Shown here: positions 18,664-26,341 of the stretch, one piece after another
How the letters are laid out: each line of letters starts with the position of its first letter
How positions within the stretch are numbered: position 1 is the first letter of the stretch
From: a virus
Lineage: Duplodnaviria > Caudoviricetes
Direction: 5' to 3' (one strand)
Virus record (IMG/VR): IMGVR_UViG_3300037484_001226
Location: 1 to 27,478 of that record
DNA: 27,478 nt
Program-made: the position numbers and the translations under genes
Notes under the pieces: model-generated
The model's database searches: none
The model's input: only the letters and a program-made list of their open reading frames with translations
Told to the model about the DNA's origin: nothing

Positions 18664-19001
18664 GAGGAGGGCTCGTAGTCACGGCCCCCTGGGCGATGAC
18701 GTGGGGGGTCGGGGATGGCGTCGGGGTTGGAGGGGTTGTTGCTGAAGGCACTGAACACCACGCCGTAGCGCTGCTCAGCATGACGCAGCTCGCCGATGTC
18801 GTGGATCGTGATCGGCGTGCCGTGGCCGTCGAGGTGGGTCAACGTGAAGGGAAAGACCGCGCTTTTCTGCGTGGACGCCCGGCCATAGGGGAGGATCTGC
18901 GTCGCGCCCCCACACCCGGAGCAGGTGAACGCTTCGTCCGCGTGGTGAAAGTGCTCTTCGATCCGCTGACAGGTAGGGCAGGAAAAGTCATGAAGAGGCA
19001 T
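18660..19001 (-). CDS. FmdB-like zinc-ribbon protein
   Basis: Start reassigned to ATG 19001 (TGATG overlap): MPLHDFSCPTC...CSGCG; ATGA overlap with the portal. Confidence 0.7.
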   Translation of the reverse strand: MPLHDFSCPTCQRIEEHFHHADEAFTCSGCGGATQILPYGRASTQKSAVFPFTLTHLDGHGTPITIHDIGELRHAEQRYGVVFSAFSNNPSNPDAIPDPPRHRPGGRDYEPSS

Positions 19002-19156
19002 CAGCGCACCCACGTCAAGAACCCGAAGTAGCGCCCTGCTGCCGGTGTGAAGCACTTGGGGCACGGCTTCAGGTCAAAGGATGCTCCAAGGCGGAGAGGG
19101 GGCAGGAGCCGGAGCATCCCGCATCCAGGGCAGTGGATCGCACAGCGCTCACGCAC
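19001..19156 (-). CDS. Small Zn-finger protein, 51 aa
   Basis: GTG 19156; CPGC...CPKC; fills the gap with overlaps at both ends. Confidence 0.5.
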   Translation of the reverse strand: MRERCAIHCPGCGMLRLLPPLRLGASFDLKPCPKCFTPAAGRYFGFLTWVR

Positions 19157-19538
19157 ACCCGGTGAGCTGGTCGAGGACCTGACGGCCGGTTCGTGTGATG
19201 TGTTCATGAGGGTCAAGGCCAAAGAACCGAGCTTGCTCGCCAAGGAATGCCAGCTCTTCGGGGGTGAGGGGGAACTCCACCTCGCCGAAGCGGAAGAGGC
19301 CCATGTGATGAACCTTGCGGACCAGATCGGAGGCGTCATCCACGGTGGTCTGGAAGACCGCCTCGAGTGCCTTACGCTCTGCGCCAAACAGGAGGATGAA
19401 GCGGTCGGTGTGCGGGACATCCTTCAAGAGCGTCAGGCGATGGAGCACCTCGGCTTCCACGTCCTTGGGGTACGTGCCCTTCGCCTGCTTTTTGATCGCG
19501 TCGTAGAGGTCGTCGGGGATCTGGATCGTCAACTTCAT
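19149..19538 (-). CDS. Ribbon-helix-helix (Arc-like) domain protein
   Basis: N-terminus MKLTIQIPDDLYDAIKKQA fits the RHH pattern; 129 aa. Confidence 0.6.
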   Translation of the reverse strand: MKLTIQIPDDLYDAIKKQAKGTYPKDVEAEVLHRLTLLKDVPHTDRFILLFGAERKALEAVFQTTVDDASDLVRKVHHMGLFRFGEVEFPLTPEELAFLGEQARFFGLDPHEHITRTGRQVLDQLTGCA

Positions 19539-19642
19539 AGGGCACCAAGAAGAAAGGCGCAGGTGGCCACGCAGGCGCAGTAGGAGAAGATCAAGAAAAG
19601 GGCGAAGCCCACCAAGGTCAGGTCGCCACCACGCTCACTCAT
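19535..19642 (-). CDS. 35-aa hydrophobic peptide
   Basis: MSERGGDLTLVGFALFLIFSYCACVATCAFLLGAL; overlaps both neighbours. Confidence 0.4.
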   Translation of the reverse strand: MSERGGDLTLVGFALFLIFSYCACVATCAFLLGAL

Positions 19643-20513
19643 CAAGGACCGCATCCCAGGCCTCGTACATCTGCTGCAGCGTGCAGCCGGTGTTCTGCCA
19701 GTCGGCAGCCACCTTTGGCGTTGGCGCTTCCCCGGTGGAAGCTCCCTCTTTGGAAGCCTCAGCAAGGCGTGCTGCAGATGTCAACACCCGTCGCTCCTCG
19801 GCCACGTCATCACCGGCAATCCACTCGTCGTCATGGGCGCCCACGTGCGAGATCAGGAAGGCGATCACGCGGTCATCGTGCCTGCCGCTTCGCGCTTTGA
19901 TCTTCGCGGTGTAAGGGTCTCGCTCGAAGTCCTCCATTTCATCGAGGAGAAAGGGGGAGTTGACGAGGAGATCCCCATGCGTCAACGCGTGCATCCCCCT
20001 GACGATCAGCTTCGGGCGGGTGGTGCGGTTCGTCCACCACCCGAACCGTTGGGTGTAGAGGTTGGTGCGTTTGTCGTAGATTTTCCAGACGAAGAGGTTG
20101 CCGTAGTCATGTTGGGTGCGCAGGGTAAGCTGCAAATCCGCACCGCCGACCGTGTTGCACTCGATGATCGCCAGCGCTTCCTCACCCTCGGAGGATGCGT
20201 AAAAGCGTCCCAGCATGTTGACGATCGGCACGAGCTCCAGGGGGTTGTGGTGATCCGAGCAGAACTCCGCGACTTGCTCATCAGGGCGCGTCCGCGTCCC
20301 TCTCCGAAGAACCTCGATCGCGCTTCGATCCTCGCCCGCGCCCTCCGCGGGATCCACCCCGATCACGTACTCCTCGCCTGGAAGGGGCTCCTCCCAGATC
20401 AGGAGGCGCCCGTTCCACCACTCGTAGTCGTAGTCGGAGACCTCTGCGAGAGGCGTGATGCGCACGCCCTTGGGCACCAGATCCTCGAGGGGGTGCCGTT
20501 TCGGTGGGGTCAT
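19635..20513 (-). CDS. terL: Terminase large subunit, RNase H-like nuclease domain (separate gene)
   Basis: IWEEP..GEEYVIGVDPAEG..DRS, IIECN, FGWWT, GRHDDRVIA. Likely ATG 20513 in an ATGA overlap; 292 aa. Confidence 0.85.
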   Translation of the reverse strand: MTPPKRHPLEDLVPKGVRITPLAEVSDYDYEWWNGRLLIWEEPLPGEEYVIGVDPAEGAGEDRSAIEVLRRGTRTRPDEQVAEFCSDHHNPLELVPIVNMLGRFYASSEGEEALAIIECNTVGGADLQLTLRTQHDYGNLFVWKIYDKRTNLYTQRFGWWTNRTTRPKLIVRGMHALTHGDLLVNSPFLLDEMEDFERDPYTAKIKARSGRHDDRVIAFLISHVGAHDDEWIAGDDVAEERRVLTSAARLAEASKEGASTGEAPTPKVAADWQNTGCTLQQMYEAWDAVLDE

Positions 20514-20908
20514 CGAAGGGGTCTCAACGCACGCAGCGCCTGGGCCATCAGCCACCCTGCGTAGTAGGTGTACGCTTCATCGCTGGCATCGCAAGGTTTC
20601 ACCCCCGCATCCTCGAGGATCTTGAACACCGCATGGAGGATCTCGTGGGTCAGCGTGGCGAGATCCCCGATCGTCCACTCGAACGAGGAGAGCCAGATAA
20701 AGGAGCGCTGCCCATACCCCCGCGCATCCGGAGTGAGCTGAAAAAACCCGGCGTGCCCCTGGCAGAAGTCGTCGGCGAACACCTTCACTTTGTAGGTGCG
20801 CCTCAGGTAACGGATCAGCTCCTCACGCGAGAAGTTGGCAAGGATCCTGATGTCCCGGTGGTAGAGGCAGGTGGGAAGCTGACGAATCAGCCGTTTCCGC
20901 TTCTTCAT
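20510..20908 (-). CDS. HEXXH zinc-metallopeptidase-like protein inside the terminase locus
   Basis: 132 aa; LTHEILHAVF followed by DEAYTY (candidate third ligand Glu). Confidence 0.65.
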   Translation of the reverse strand: MKKRKRLIRQLPTCLYHRDIRILANFSREELIRYLRRTYKVKVFADDFCQGHAGFFQLTPDARGYGQRSFIWLSSFEWTIGDLATLTHEILHAVFKILEDAGVKPCDASDEAYTYYAGWLMAQALRALRPLR

Positions 20909-20909
20909 A

Positions 20910-22166
20910 TCAAGCGAGCCCTTGCGTCACCCCCCGCACCTCGAGGTCGAAAAGGTGCGGGTCCCGCGCGTGCTGTCTCAGCTCATGAAGCACCTCCGCG
21001 GGGAACACGCTGCGCGACGTGTTCTGAAACGCCTCCAGGTCGTCTGCGCAGTACTCGGCCAAGAAGACGTGCAGGTTCTTCTTCTCGATCGCTTCAGCGC
21101 GCTTGCGCTCCCACCAGAACAGCTGATCACGCGTCAACGCGATCGAGCGCCCACACCACCGCGCGCTCACTTCCCTGGCTTTCAAGGCATGCGCAAGGGC
21201 GATCTCGGAAGGATGCCAATCAAGGGGTGCCGGGCGCGTGTAGGTGCGGCTCTCTGCGTACCAGGGGATGAACACCGGCGTGAAGCGTCCCAACCCCTTC
21301 TTCGCGAGGATCCAGGCGTTGTGCCAGTAGTTTCCCCTGCCACGTGCGGTTGATTCAAAGATCGCGAGGGTCCTTGGATGTTCAGGGATCGCCGGCAGGA
21401 GGGAGTCGTCGATCTGCTCGGTGTTCTCCCAGGTGGAAATCTCCGAGCCATGCACGAGCGGGTAGGTCTTCCCGCGCCCCATCTGCCCTCTGCCCCGCTC
21501 GAGATCCGAGCCCCCCCGCACGCTCTTCCCGCTTTCGACGAGAATGAGCGAGTCCAACGGCCCAAACCACATCTGGCGGTCCTTCACGTGGAACGTCAGC
21601 TCCGGGCGCATCCACCAAGGGAGGTTGTCGTAGACGCGCTCGATCATGTCGAACAGGTACGCACTCTGCTCAGGGACATCCCCTGCCACCAACGCGGTGG
21701 TGTTGCTGTAGAAGAAGCAGCGGTGGGCGATCATCGCTTCGGTGAGCGTTGAAGCGCCGAGCTGCCTCGCTTTCAAGATCGCCAGGAGGATCCCATCCCC
21801 TGTTTCACGGCTCACCGCAGCCAGTTCCGCAGCCGCCACGCGCTCCAGGATGATCTCCTGACTCTCCAACAGCACGATCCGGCTCAAGGTCTGCTCTTTC
21901 GTCTTGATCCGGGGATAGCGAGCAGCCCAGTAGGAGAAATCTGCCTTCGAGATCGTCACTTCGTTGAGGATGAAGCGCTGCTCGGCCTCGGAAAGCGCCC
22001 GTTTGAGGCCTTTTTCGGAGTCAAACACCCCCTCGAGGCGCGCGATCCACCCGTCGATCTCCTTGATCTCAGAGATCCTGGGCTCAAAAAGCGGATCCGT
22101 GCGCTTCCTGACCAGATCCACGAGGCGATCGAGCCGTTTTCGGGCGATCTCAGGGTGATACATCAC
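20910..22166 (-). CDS. terL: Terminase large subunit, ATPase domain (separate gene)
   Basis: 418 aa; Walker A LKARQLGAST, Walker B-like VHGSE, coupling motif FESTARG, VFIPWY, and EY...EAFQ..SVF. Confidence 0.9.
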   Translation of the reverse strand: MMYHPEIARKRLDRLVDLVRKRTDPLFEPRISEIKEIDGWIARLEGVFDSEKGLKRALSEAEQRFILNEVTISKADFSYWAARYPRIKTKEQTLSRIVLLESQEIILERVAAAELAAVSRETGDGILLAILKARQLGASTLTEAMIAHRCFFYSNTTALVAGDVPEQSAYLFDMIERVYDNLPWWMRPELTFHVKDRQMWFGPLDSLILVESGKSVRGGSDLERGRGQMGRGKTYPLVHGSEISTWENTEQIDDSLLPAIPEHPRTLAIFESTARGRGNYWHNAWILAKKGLGRFTPVFIPWYAESRTYTRPAPLDWHPSEIALAHALKAREVSARWCGRSIALTRDQLFWWERKRAEAIEKKNLHVFLAEYCADDLEAFQNTSRSVFPAEVLHELRQHARDPHLFDLEVRGVTQGLA

Positions 22167-22171
22167 AACAT

Positions 22172-22366
22172 TCAGGCGGCTTCCGCCAGGTGACGCTCCA
22201 AGGGGTGCTCCGCAGCCACTGCTTGCGTGCGCGCTGCCTTGATGTAGTTGTAAATCACGCGCTCCGAGACCCCCAGGCGCCGCTTGATCACCGAAACCGA
22301 CAACCCCACGTTGAAAAAGAGGTTCACGATGCGCGTTGCGGTCGTTTCATCCAGCTTCTTGCTCAC
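22172..22366 (-). CDS. Small helix-turn-helix protein
   Basis: 64 aa; GLSVSVIKRRLGVSERVIYNYI. Confidence 0.65.
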   Translation of the reverse strand: MSKKLDETTATRIVNLFFNVGLSVSVIKRRLGVSERVIYNYIKAARTQAVAAEHPLERHLAEAA

Positions 22367-23027
22367 TTCTGATCACCTCCGCGTCGATCGCGTCCACGGC
22401 GTACGCCGCCTCGTCGGTGGAGCGCACGAAGCCATCGAAAAAGCCTTTCGTGTCGCCTACCACGGTCTGCACCGCCACATTGACCCCCCCACCCTTCTTG
22501 AGGAGCCCCGCAGCCTCGAGTAGAAGCTCCTGATGCTCCACGCTGCTCCTGAAAAAGCGCTTCCCTGACCCGTTGCAGCCAGGGCATTTCTTATCTGGCA
22601 CGCCGTTGATCACCACGCAGTGACAAGGCTCGGTGTGATTCGTGGCCTTATCGGCAACGTCCTCCACCACTGCTGGAAGGCGCTCCGCCAGCGTGTGCTG
22701 CGCGAGCGTAAACGCCTTGGCAAACGCCGCCTCCCGAAAGATGGCCAGCAGCTCATTCGCTTTCACCCCCGCATCCGCGCAAAGATGTGCCAACGAATCG
22801 GCGCGCCTCGCGGGGTCCGTCAAGAGTCGCAGGAGCAGTTCCTGCTTCCCATCGAGCTTCGCGAGCGCCAGCACATCAACCAGGCGTTCCCTCCCACCCA
22901 CGTGCTTTTCAAAGGTCGCGAGGGCACGCCACGCTTCAGAACCGCGCGTCCGCAGTTCCAGACCTTTCTGTGCGTTCTCGCTCGTAGGAGTCCGCATCGG
23001 AGGTGTAGAGGAGATCGGTGCCGTCAT
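22347..23027 (-). CDS. Putative terminase small subunit with Cys cluster
   Basis: 226 aa upstream of terL; helical, CHC...CPGCNGSG, GGVNVAVQ and IDAEVI tail; SD GGGGGAG. Function inferred from position. Confidence 0.5.
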   Translation of the reverse strand: MTAPISSTPPMRTPTSENAQKGLELRTRGSEAWRALATFEKHVGGRERLVDVLALAKLDGKQELLLRLLTDPARRADSLAHLCADAGVKANELLAIFREAAFAKAFTLAQHTLAERLPAVVEDVADKATNHTEPCHCVVINGVPDKKCPGCNGSGKRFFRSSVEHQELLLEAAGLLKKGGGVNVAVQTVVGDTKGFFDGFVRSTDEAAYAVDAIDAEVIRSEQEAG

Positions 23028-23160
23028 CGGAGGGCTCCCCCTTCTCGTTCGTCACAAACGGCTGCTCGCGCAGCTCCATCGCGACAAGGGCCTCGAGCGC
23101 CTCCGCAATGCGCTCCAACGCCTTCGCTTGGCGCACATCCGCTGGTTGCAGGAACTTCAT
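22936..23160 (-). CDS. Hypothetical protein, 74 aa (overlaps both neighbours)
   Basis: GGAG SD before ATG 23160; amphipathic ALERIAEALEAL segment and acidic tail. Confidence 0.45.
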   Translation of the reverse strand: MKFLQPADVRQAKALERIAEALEALVAMELREQPFVTNEKGEPSDDGTDLLYTSDADSYERERTERSGTADARF

Positions 23161-23695
23161 CGCGTGGCTCCACATCCAAACCCAAAGAGGAAGAAGAGGA
23201 AGAAGAGAAAGGAGGCACCCAATCCGCGGGGGTCGCGATATTGAGCCCGCTCAGGGGGAGGAAAAGGAGGAGTTGCAGCCACCACCCATGCCCGTTGACG
23301 CACGTGAGCTCCCCTTCCCAGGAAGGCGGGCCATACGCGTGCGTGGCACAGGTGGGGCACCACCACTCGATCGGTCCGGTCACGCGTCCGATCGCAGGCT
23401 TCACCTGTTCGCGATACGGGATCTCGAGGAGGTTGTGGGTCTTGCGATCCCGCGGCTTGGGGAAAAAGAGGGCATTGAAGGGCGCGCCTTGCCCTTGGGG
23501 GGAGGAAGAGAAGCGCAACCCCAAGCCGAACGCCCTCTGACACCGCAACCGGCGTTGGCACCTGAGGCGCGCGTGCCGCCAGTTCACCACCCGGATCAGA
23601 GAAAGCTTCCCACAGAGGGGGCACACGAACTCGACCCCGCCGAGGCAACGGGCGTAGACCTCTGCCGGCAACGGGGGCAAGGGCCTGCGACTCAT
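23024..23695 (-). CDS. Tandem Zn-ribbon hypothetical protein
   Basis: Likely start MSRRPL at 23695; two related units VEFVCPLC...C and IEWWCPTC...CVNGH; low-complexity C-terminus. Confidence 0.5.
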   Translation of the reverse strand: MSRRPLPPLPAEVYARCLGGVEFVCPLCGKLSLIRVVNWRHARLRCQRRLRCQRAFGLGLRFSSSPQGQGAPFNALFFPKPRDRKTHNLLEIPYREQVKPAIGRVTGPIEWWCPTCATHAYGPPSWEGELTCVNGHGWWLQLLLFLPLSGLNIATPADWVPPFSSSSSSSLGLDVEPRDEVPATSGCAPSEGVGAHCGGARGPCRDGAARAAVCDEREGGALR

Positions 23696-23849
23696 GGGAA
23701 TGAAAAGGAGGAGAAGCGTCGAGTCTGCGCTGTGGCGGCGAAGGCAGGGGTCCAGCGGGAGGGAGGACGCAGCCAGATCAGCGAATGGGGCGGGAGCCCG
23801 ACGCTCTCCATACACTTGAGGCTGCCCCCAAGCCCCTGTGGGTGTCAAG

Positions 23850-24260
23850 ACCTAATACACAACCGTTGGCGTGTTTGTCTCCTTTCACGACGCTTTTCTG
23901 TCTGCCTTCAACACAGCTTCGCCAAAGGCTTCGCCTGAAACGTCTGCTTTCACATCGGTCATGTGGAGGAAGTGACCTGTTTCAAGGCAGGCAGAACGCG
24001 TGCCAACGCATTCTCTAATGGTTGAGCTTACAAATGGCTCAAAAAGGTTAAGGATTTTTTGAAAAATGGCTGGGATGCAAGCAACGCGCCACTCTGCGGC
24101 TGACCCCCGCGACAATCGCCGCGCGCAAGGAAAGCGAAACCACCATCCCTAGTAGCGACAAGAAAGGTCGCCACCAGTTATGGGTCGGCATTGACCCTGC
24201 ATTGTCGGCCGGCGAAGCCCGCAAGTCCAGCAGGCTCAACCTTTTACAAGGAGTAGCATC
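23850..24260. promoter_or_regulatory. Divergent intergenic control region
   Basis: Gene orientation switches here. Locally AT-rich (AAAAAGGTTAAGGATTTTTTGAAAAA) with inverted repeat TTGAGC-N9-GCTCAA at 24022-24042. Confidence 0.6.
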
Positions 24261-24704
24261 ATGCCCAACCCTCGTGACGCTCGTTCACCAGCAGAGCTGC
24301 TGGTGAGCCTGGTCGCCTTCTTCAAGGCGAACGCCTCGTATCCGGCAACGGAGACCTACCCTGGTGCCCCGATCAAGGGGGAGTGGGTTCCGGTCTACCG
24401 GAAGCTCGCCATTCAGACCCCCAACGGGGAGAAGGTCTACACCCTCGCTGCGGCTTTCGAGGCGATTGCCGCGGCGAAGGGCTGGACGGCTCAGAAAGGC
24501 TCGTTCAAGGCGGTCGTGGCAGCCGGCAAGGCCGCTGGGGCCGTCAGGTTCGAGACCTTCTGGAACGGCAAGACCAGAAGGTTCCCCAACGAGAGCATCG
24601 CTCTCCCCTCCACGACGAAGGGGGAGACCAAGGCCACCGTCGATGTGGCCGACTTCGGCTTCGCCTCGCCCACCACCTCCAACGATGACACCATCGGCTT
24701 CTAG
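24261..24704 (+). CDS. Hypothetical early protein with acidic C-terminal tail
   Basis: 147 aa; strong SD AAGGAG; ends NDDTIGF. Confidence 0.8.
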   Translation: MPNPRDARSPAELLVSLVAFFKANASYPATETYPGAPIKGEWVPVYRKLAIQTPNGEKVYTLAAAFEAIAAAKGWTAQKGSFKAVVAAGKAAGAVRFETFWNGKTRRFPNESIALPSTTKGETKATVDVADFGFASPTTSNDDTIGF

Positions 24705-24715
24705 CGTTCGTCCTC

Positions 24716-24753
24716 GAGGGGGGGCACCACCGTAGGTGCCCCTCGCCCCCTCC
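24716..24753 (+). terminator. GC-rich hairpin after stop codon (terminator or processing element)
   Basis: GGGGCACC-ACCGTA-GGTGCCCC stem; no U tract. Confidence 0.4.
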
Positions 24754-24907
24754 CTTCAAGGCTTCTCTTGATCCCGTCCCTCACTGCTAGGCCTTTTAGG
24801 ACCAACGAGTTGCGCGGCTTTGGCGTGGTTTGTGAACGGCAGAGGTGTGAGGGAGGAGATGAGGGGATGCCCCCCTGGCTGAGGGGTGCATTGCGAAAGG
24901 AGGGCAG

Positions 24908-25102
24908 ATGCAAAGGCAGTGGAAGGTCACGTTTCGACTCGTCACGGATGACGAGAAGGAAATGGAGGCAGCCAAGGAGAGCGTGCGGAACCACCTCACG
25001 TTTGCCCTACGGAGGATGGTGGCAACCCCTTACCTGATGTGGTGGGTGGGGGAAGACATCAAGCTGACGCTGGAGAAGGAGGAGGCGCAATGGGACTGCT
25101 GA
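24908..25102 (+). CDS. Hypothetical protein
   Basis: 64 aa; SD AAGGAGG. Confidence 0.7.
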   Translation: MQRQWKVTFRLVTDDEKEMEAAKESVRNHLTFALRRMVATPYLMWWVGEDIKLTLEKEEAQWDC

Positions 25103-25482
25103 AGGGATGGAAAGTGCTCAACGTTGATCTGCGCTCCCCTTTTGCCCCCTCCAGAGGGGAGTCGATCCAATACGGTTTGGGACAGATCGCCGAGCCTCGG
25201 GAAGGTTGTGGGCCGCTGTGCGTCTTCCCCTTTGAGGAGAGCGACGCCATGTTGCAGTTCCACTCTTCTGCCAACACGAGCCCTGCGGACAAGCTACTCG
25301 CCTTCGAGTGCGAATACGAACCCTCGGCGGCGATATCGGTCTGGGTCACTCGAGAGGATGATGACCTCACGCGTGAGGTGTTGTCATTGCCGCTTAGCCA
25401 CCTGCCAAAGGGAACAGCGCTGGCTAAGTCGGTCACACTTACCCGATGCTACGACATGGGAGGGAAGGGATGGGACTGCTGA
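25090..25482 (+). CDS. Hypothetical protein bounded by 16-bp direct repeats
   Basis: Start reassigned to ATG 25090 (SD GGAGG); 130 aa, MGLLKGWKV... Confidence 0.7.
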   Translation: MGLLKGWKVLNVDLRSPFAPSRGESIQYGLGQIAEPREGCGPLCVFPFEESDAMLQFHSSANTSPADKLLAFECEYEPSAAISVWVTREDDDLTREVLSLPLSHLPKGTALAKSVTLTRCYDMGGKGWDC

Positions 25483-25485
25483 AGG
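25090..25485 (+). repeat. 16-bp direct repeat ATGGGACTGCTGAAGG
   Basis: Identical copies at 25090-25105 and 25470-25485. Confidence 0.9.
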
Positions 25486-25730
25486 CACTCTTCGAGAGGT
25501 TGGCAAGAAGGCGTGAGCCGATGACGCGGCTCAACGCCTTGCGGCATCTCGTCACGGATCCCCCGAAGGGGAGCTGGTTGGGATGGAAGCGGCGCTACGA
25601 GTGCCCCTCCTGCCTCAAGGTGTACGCGGTGAGAGCGGAAAGGACGTGGCAGCGGGGGCAGCCGATCACGCTGCGCCGCTGCTTCTCGTGCATGGAGTCA
25701 GTGGTCGGGGTGAGGCAGCGGGCGGCCTGA
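25470..25730 (+). CDS. Zn-finger hypothetical protein
   Basis: 86 aa from ATG 25470; CPSC...CFSC. Confidence 0.6.
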   Translation: MGLLKALFERLARRREPMTRLNALRHLVTDPPKGSWLGWKRRYECPSCLKVYAVRAERTWQRGQPITLRRCFSCMESVVGVRQRAA

Positions 25731-25751
25731 CACCTGACCTTGACATGAGAA

Positions 25752-25784
25752 GGGGAGAGGGAAAGGGTGCTCCTCTCCCCCTCC
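25752..25784 (+). terminator. Hairpin after stop codon
   Basis: GGGGAGAGG-N11-CCTCTCCCC stem; no U tract. Confidence 0.4.
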
Positions 25785-25904
25785 TCCTCAACACGCAGAA
25801 GACCCACTGATGCCAGCCTGTAGGCCAAGCGCGCATCACGCATCGGCTCTGGTGTTGAGGGGGAGCGGGAGCGGAAGCACAGCGAAGCGAAAGGGGGTGA
25901 CAGT

Positions 25905-26123
25905 GTGCTAAGGAAGTTCGCGGCGTTGTCGGCCACGCATCCCATGATTGGGGAGGCCTGCCCGGCTTGTGGGCAGCCGTTCAAGGAAGGAGATGCGACC
26001 ACGCTGATTGTGTTAGGACCGGGCTCCGATGAGGAGCAGCGCAAGAACGCGGCGGAAGGGCGTGCGTACAACGCGGTGGCGGCGCCCGTGCATTGGGCAT
26101 GTGCCACGGGAGAGGAGGCGTGA
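25905..26123 (+). CDS. Small Zn-finger protein (CxxC...HxxC)
   Basis: 72 aa; CPACGQPFKEGD...VHWAC. Confidence 0.7.
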   Translation: MLRKFAALSATHPMIGEACPACGQPFKEGDATTLIVLGPGSDEEQRKNAAEGRAYNAVAAPVHWACATGEEA

Positions 26124-26341
26124 TGGCCAAAGAACAGAAGAAGAAGGTGCCGAAGGGGCTCCCCAAGAGGGTGAGGAACACGGGGGCCAAGGCGAGGCGC
26201 GCGAGGTGCCTGGACAGGCAGGCCGCGAAGAAGCTGCGGCACCTGCTCCGCAGGAACGGCGCTGAGCGGGCGAAGGCGTGGGCGAAGCAGCACAACGAGC
26301 TCGCGCTCCTGCAACGGATGCAGGAAGGGAAGGCGGCATGA
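26123..26341 (+). CDS. Highly basic small protein
   Basis: 72 aa from ATG 26123 (TGATG overlap, SD GGAGG). Confidence 0.65.
   Translation: MAKEQKKKVPKGLPKRVRNTGAKARRARCLDRQAAKKLRHLLRRNGAERAKAWAKQHNELALLQRMQEGKAA

Noticed and set aside
10193-18678. Plus-strand ORFs of 397, 402 and 574 aa
   Set aside because: Antisense to the fibre, capsid and portal genes, with no independent coding signal.
20510-20909. Self-splicing intron or intein explanation for the terL interruption
   Set aside because: The interval is fully occupied by an ORF coupled to both halves, there is an in-frame stop, and no HNH, LAGLIDADG, GIY-YIG or intein motifs were seen. Not formally excluded without a covariance-model search.
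24768-25037. 89-aa plus-strand ORF
   Set aside because: TTG start without an SD, and it overlaps the better-supported 24908-25102 gene.
23820-25765. TTGACA hexamers (minus strand 23843-23848; plus strand 25740-25745) as sigma70 promoters
   Set aside because: No plausible -10 element at 16-18 nt spacing for either.
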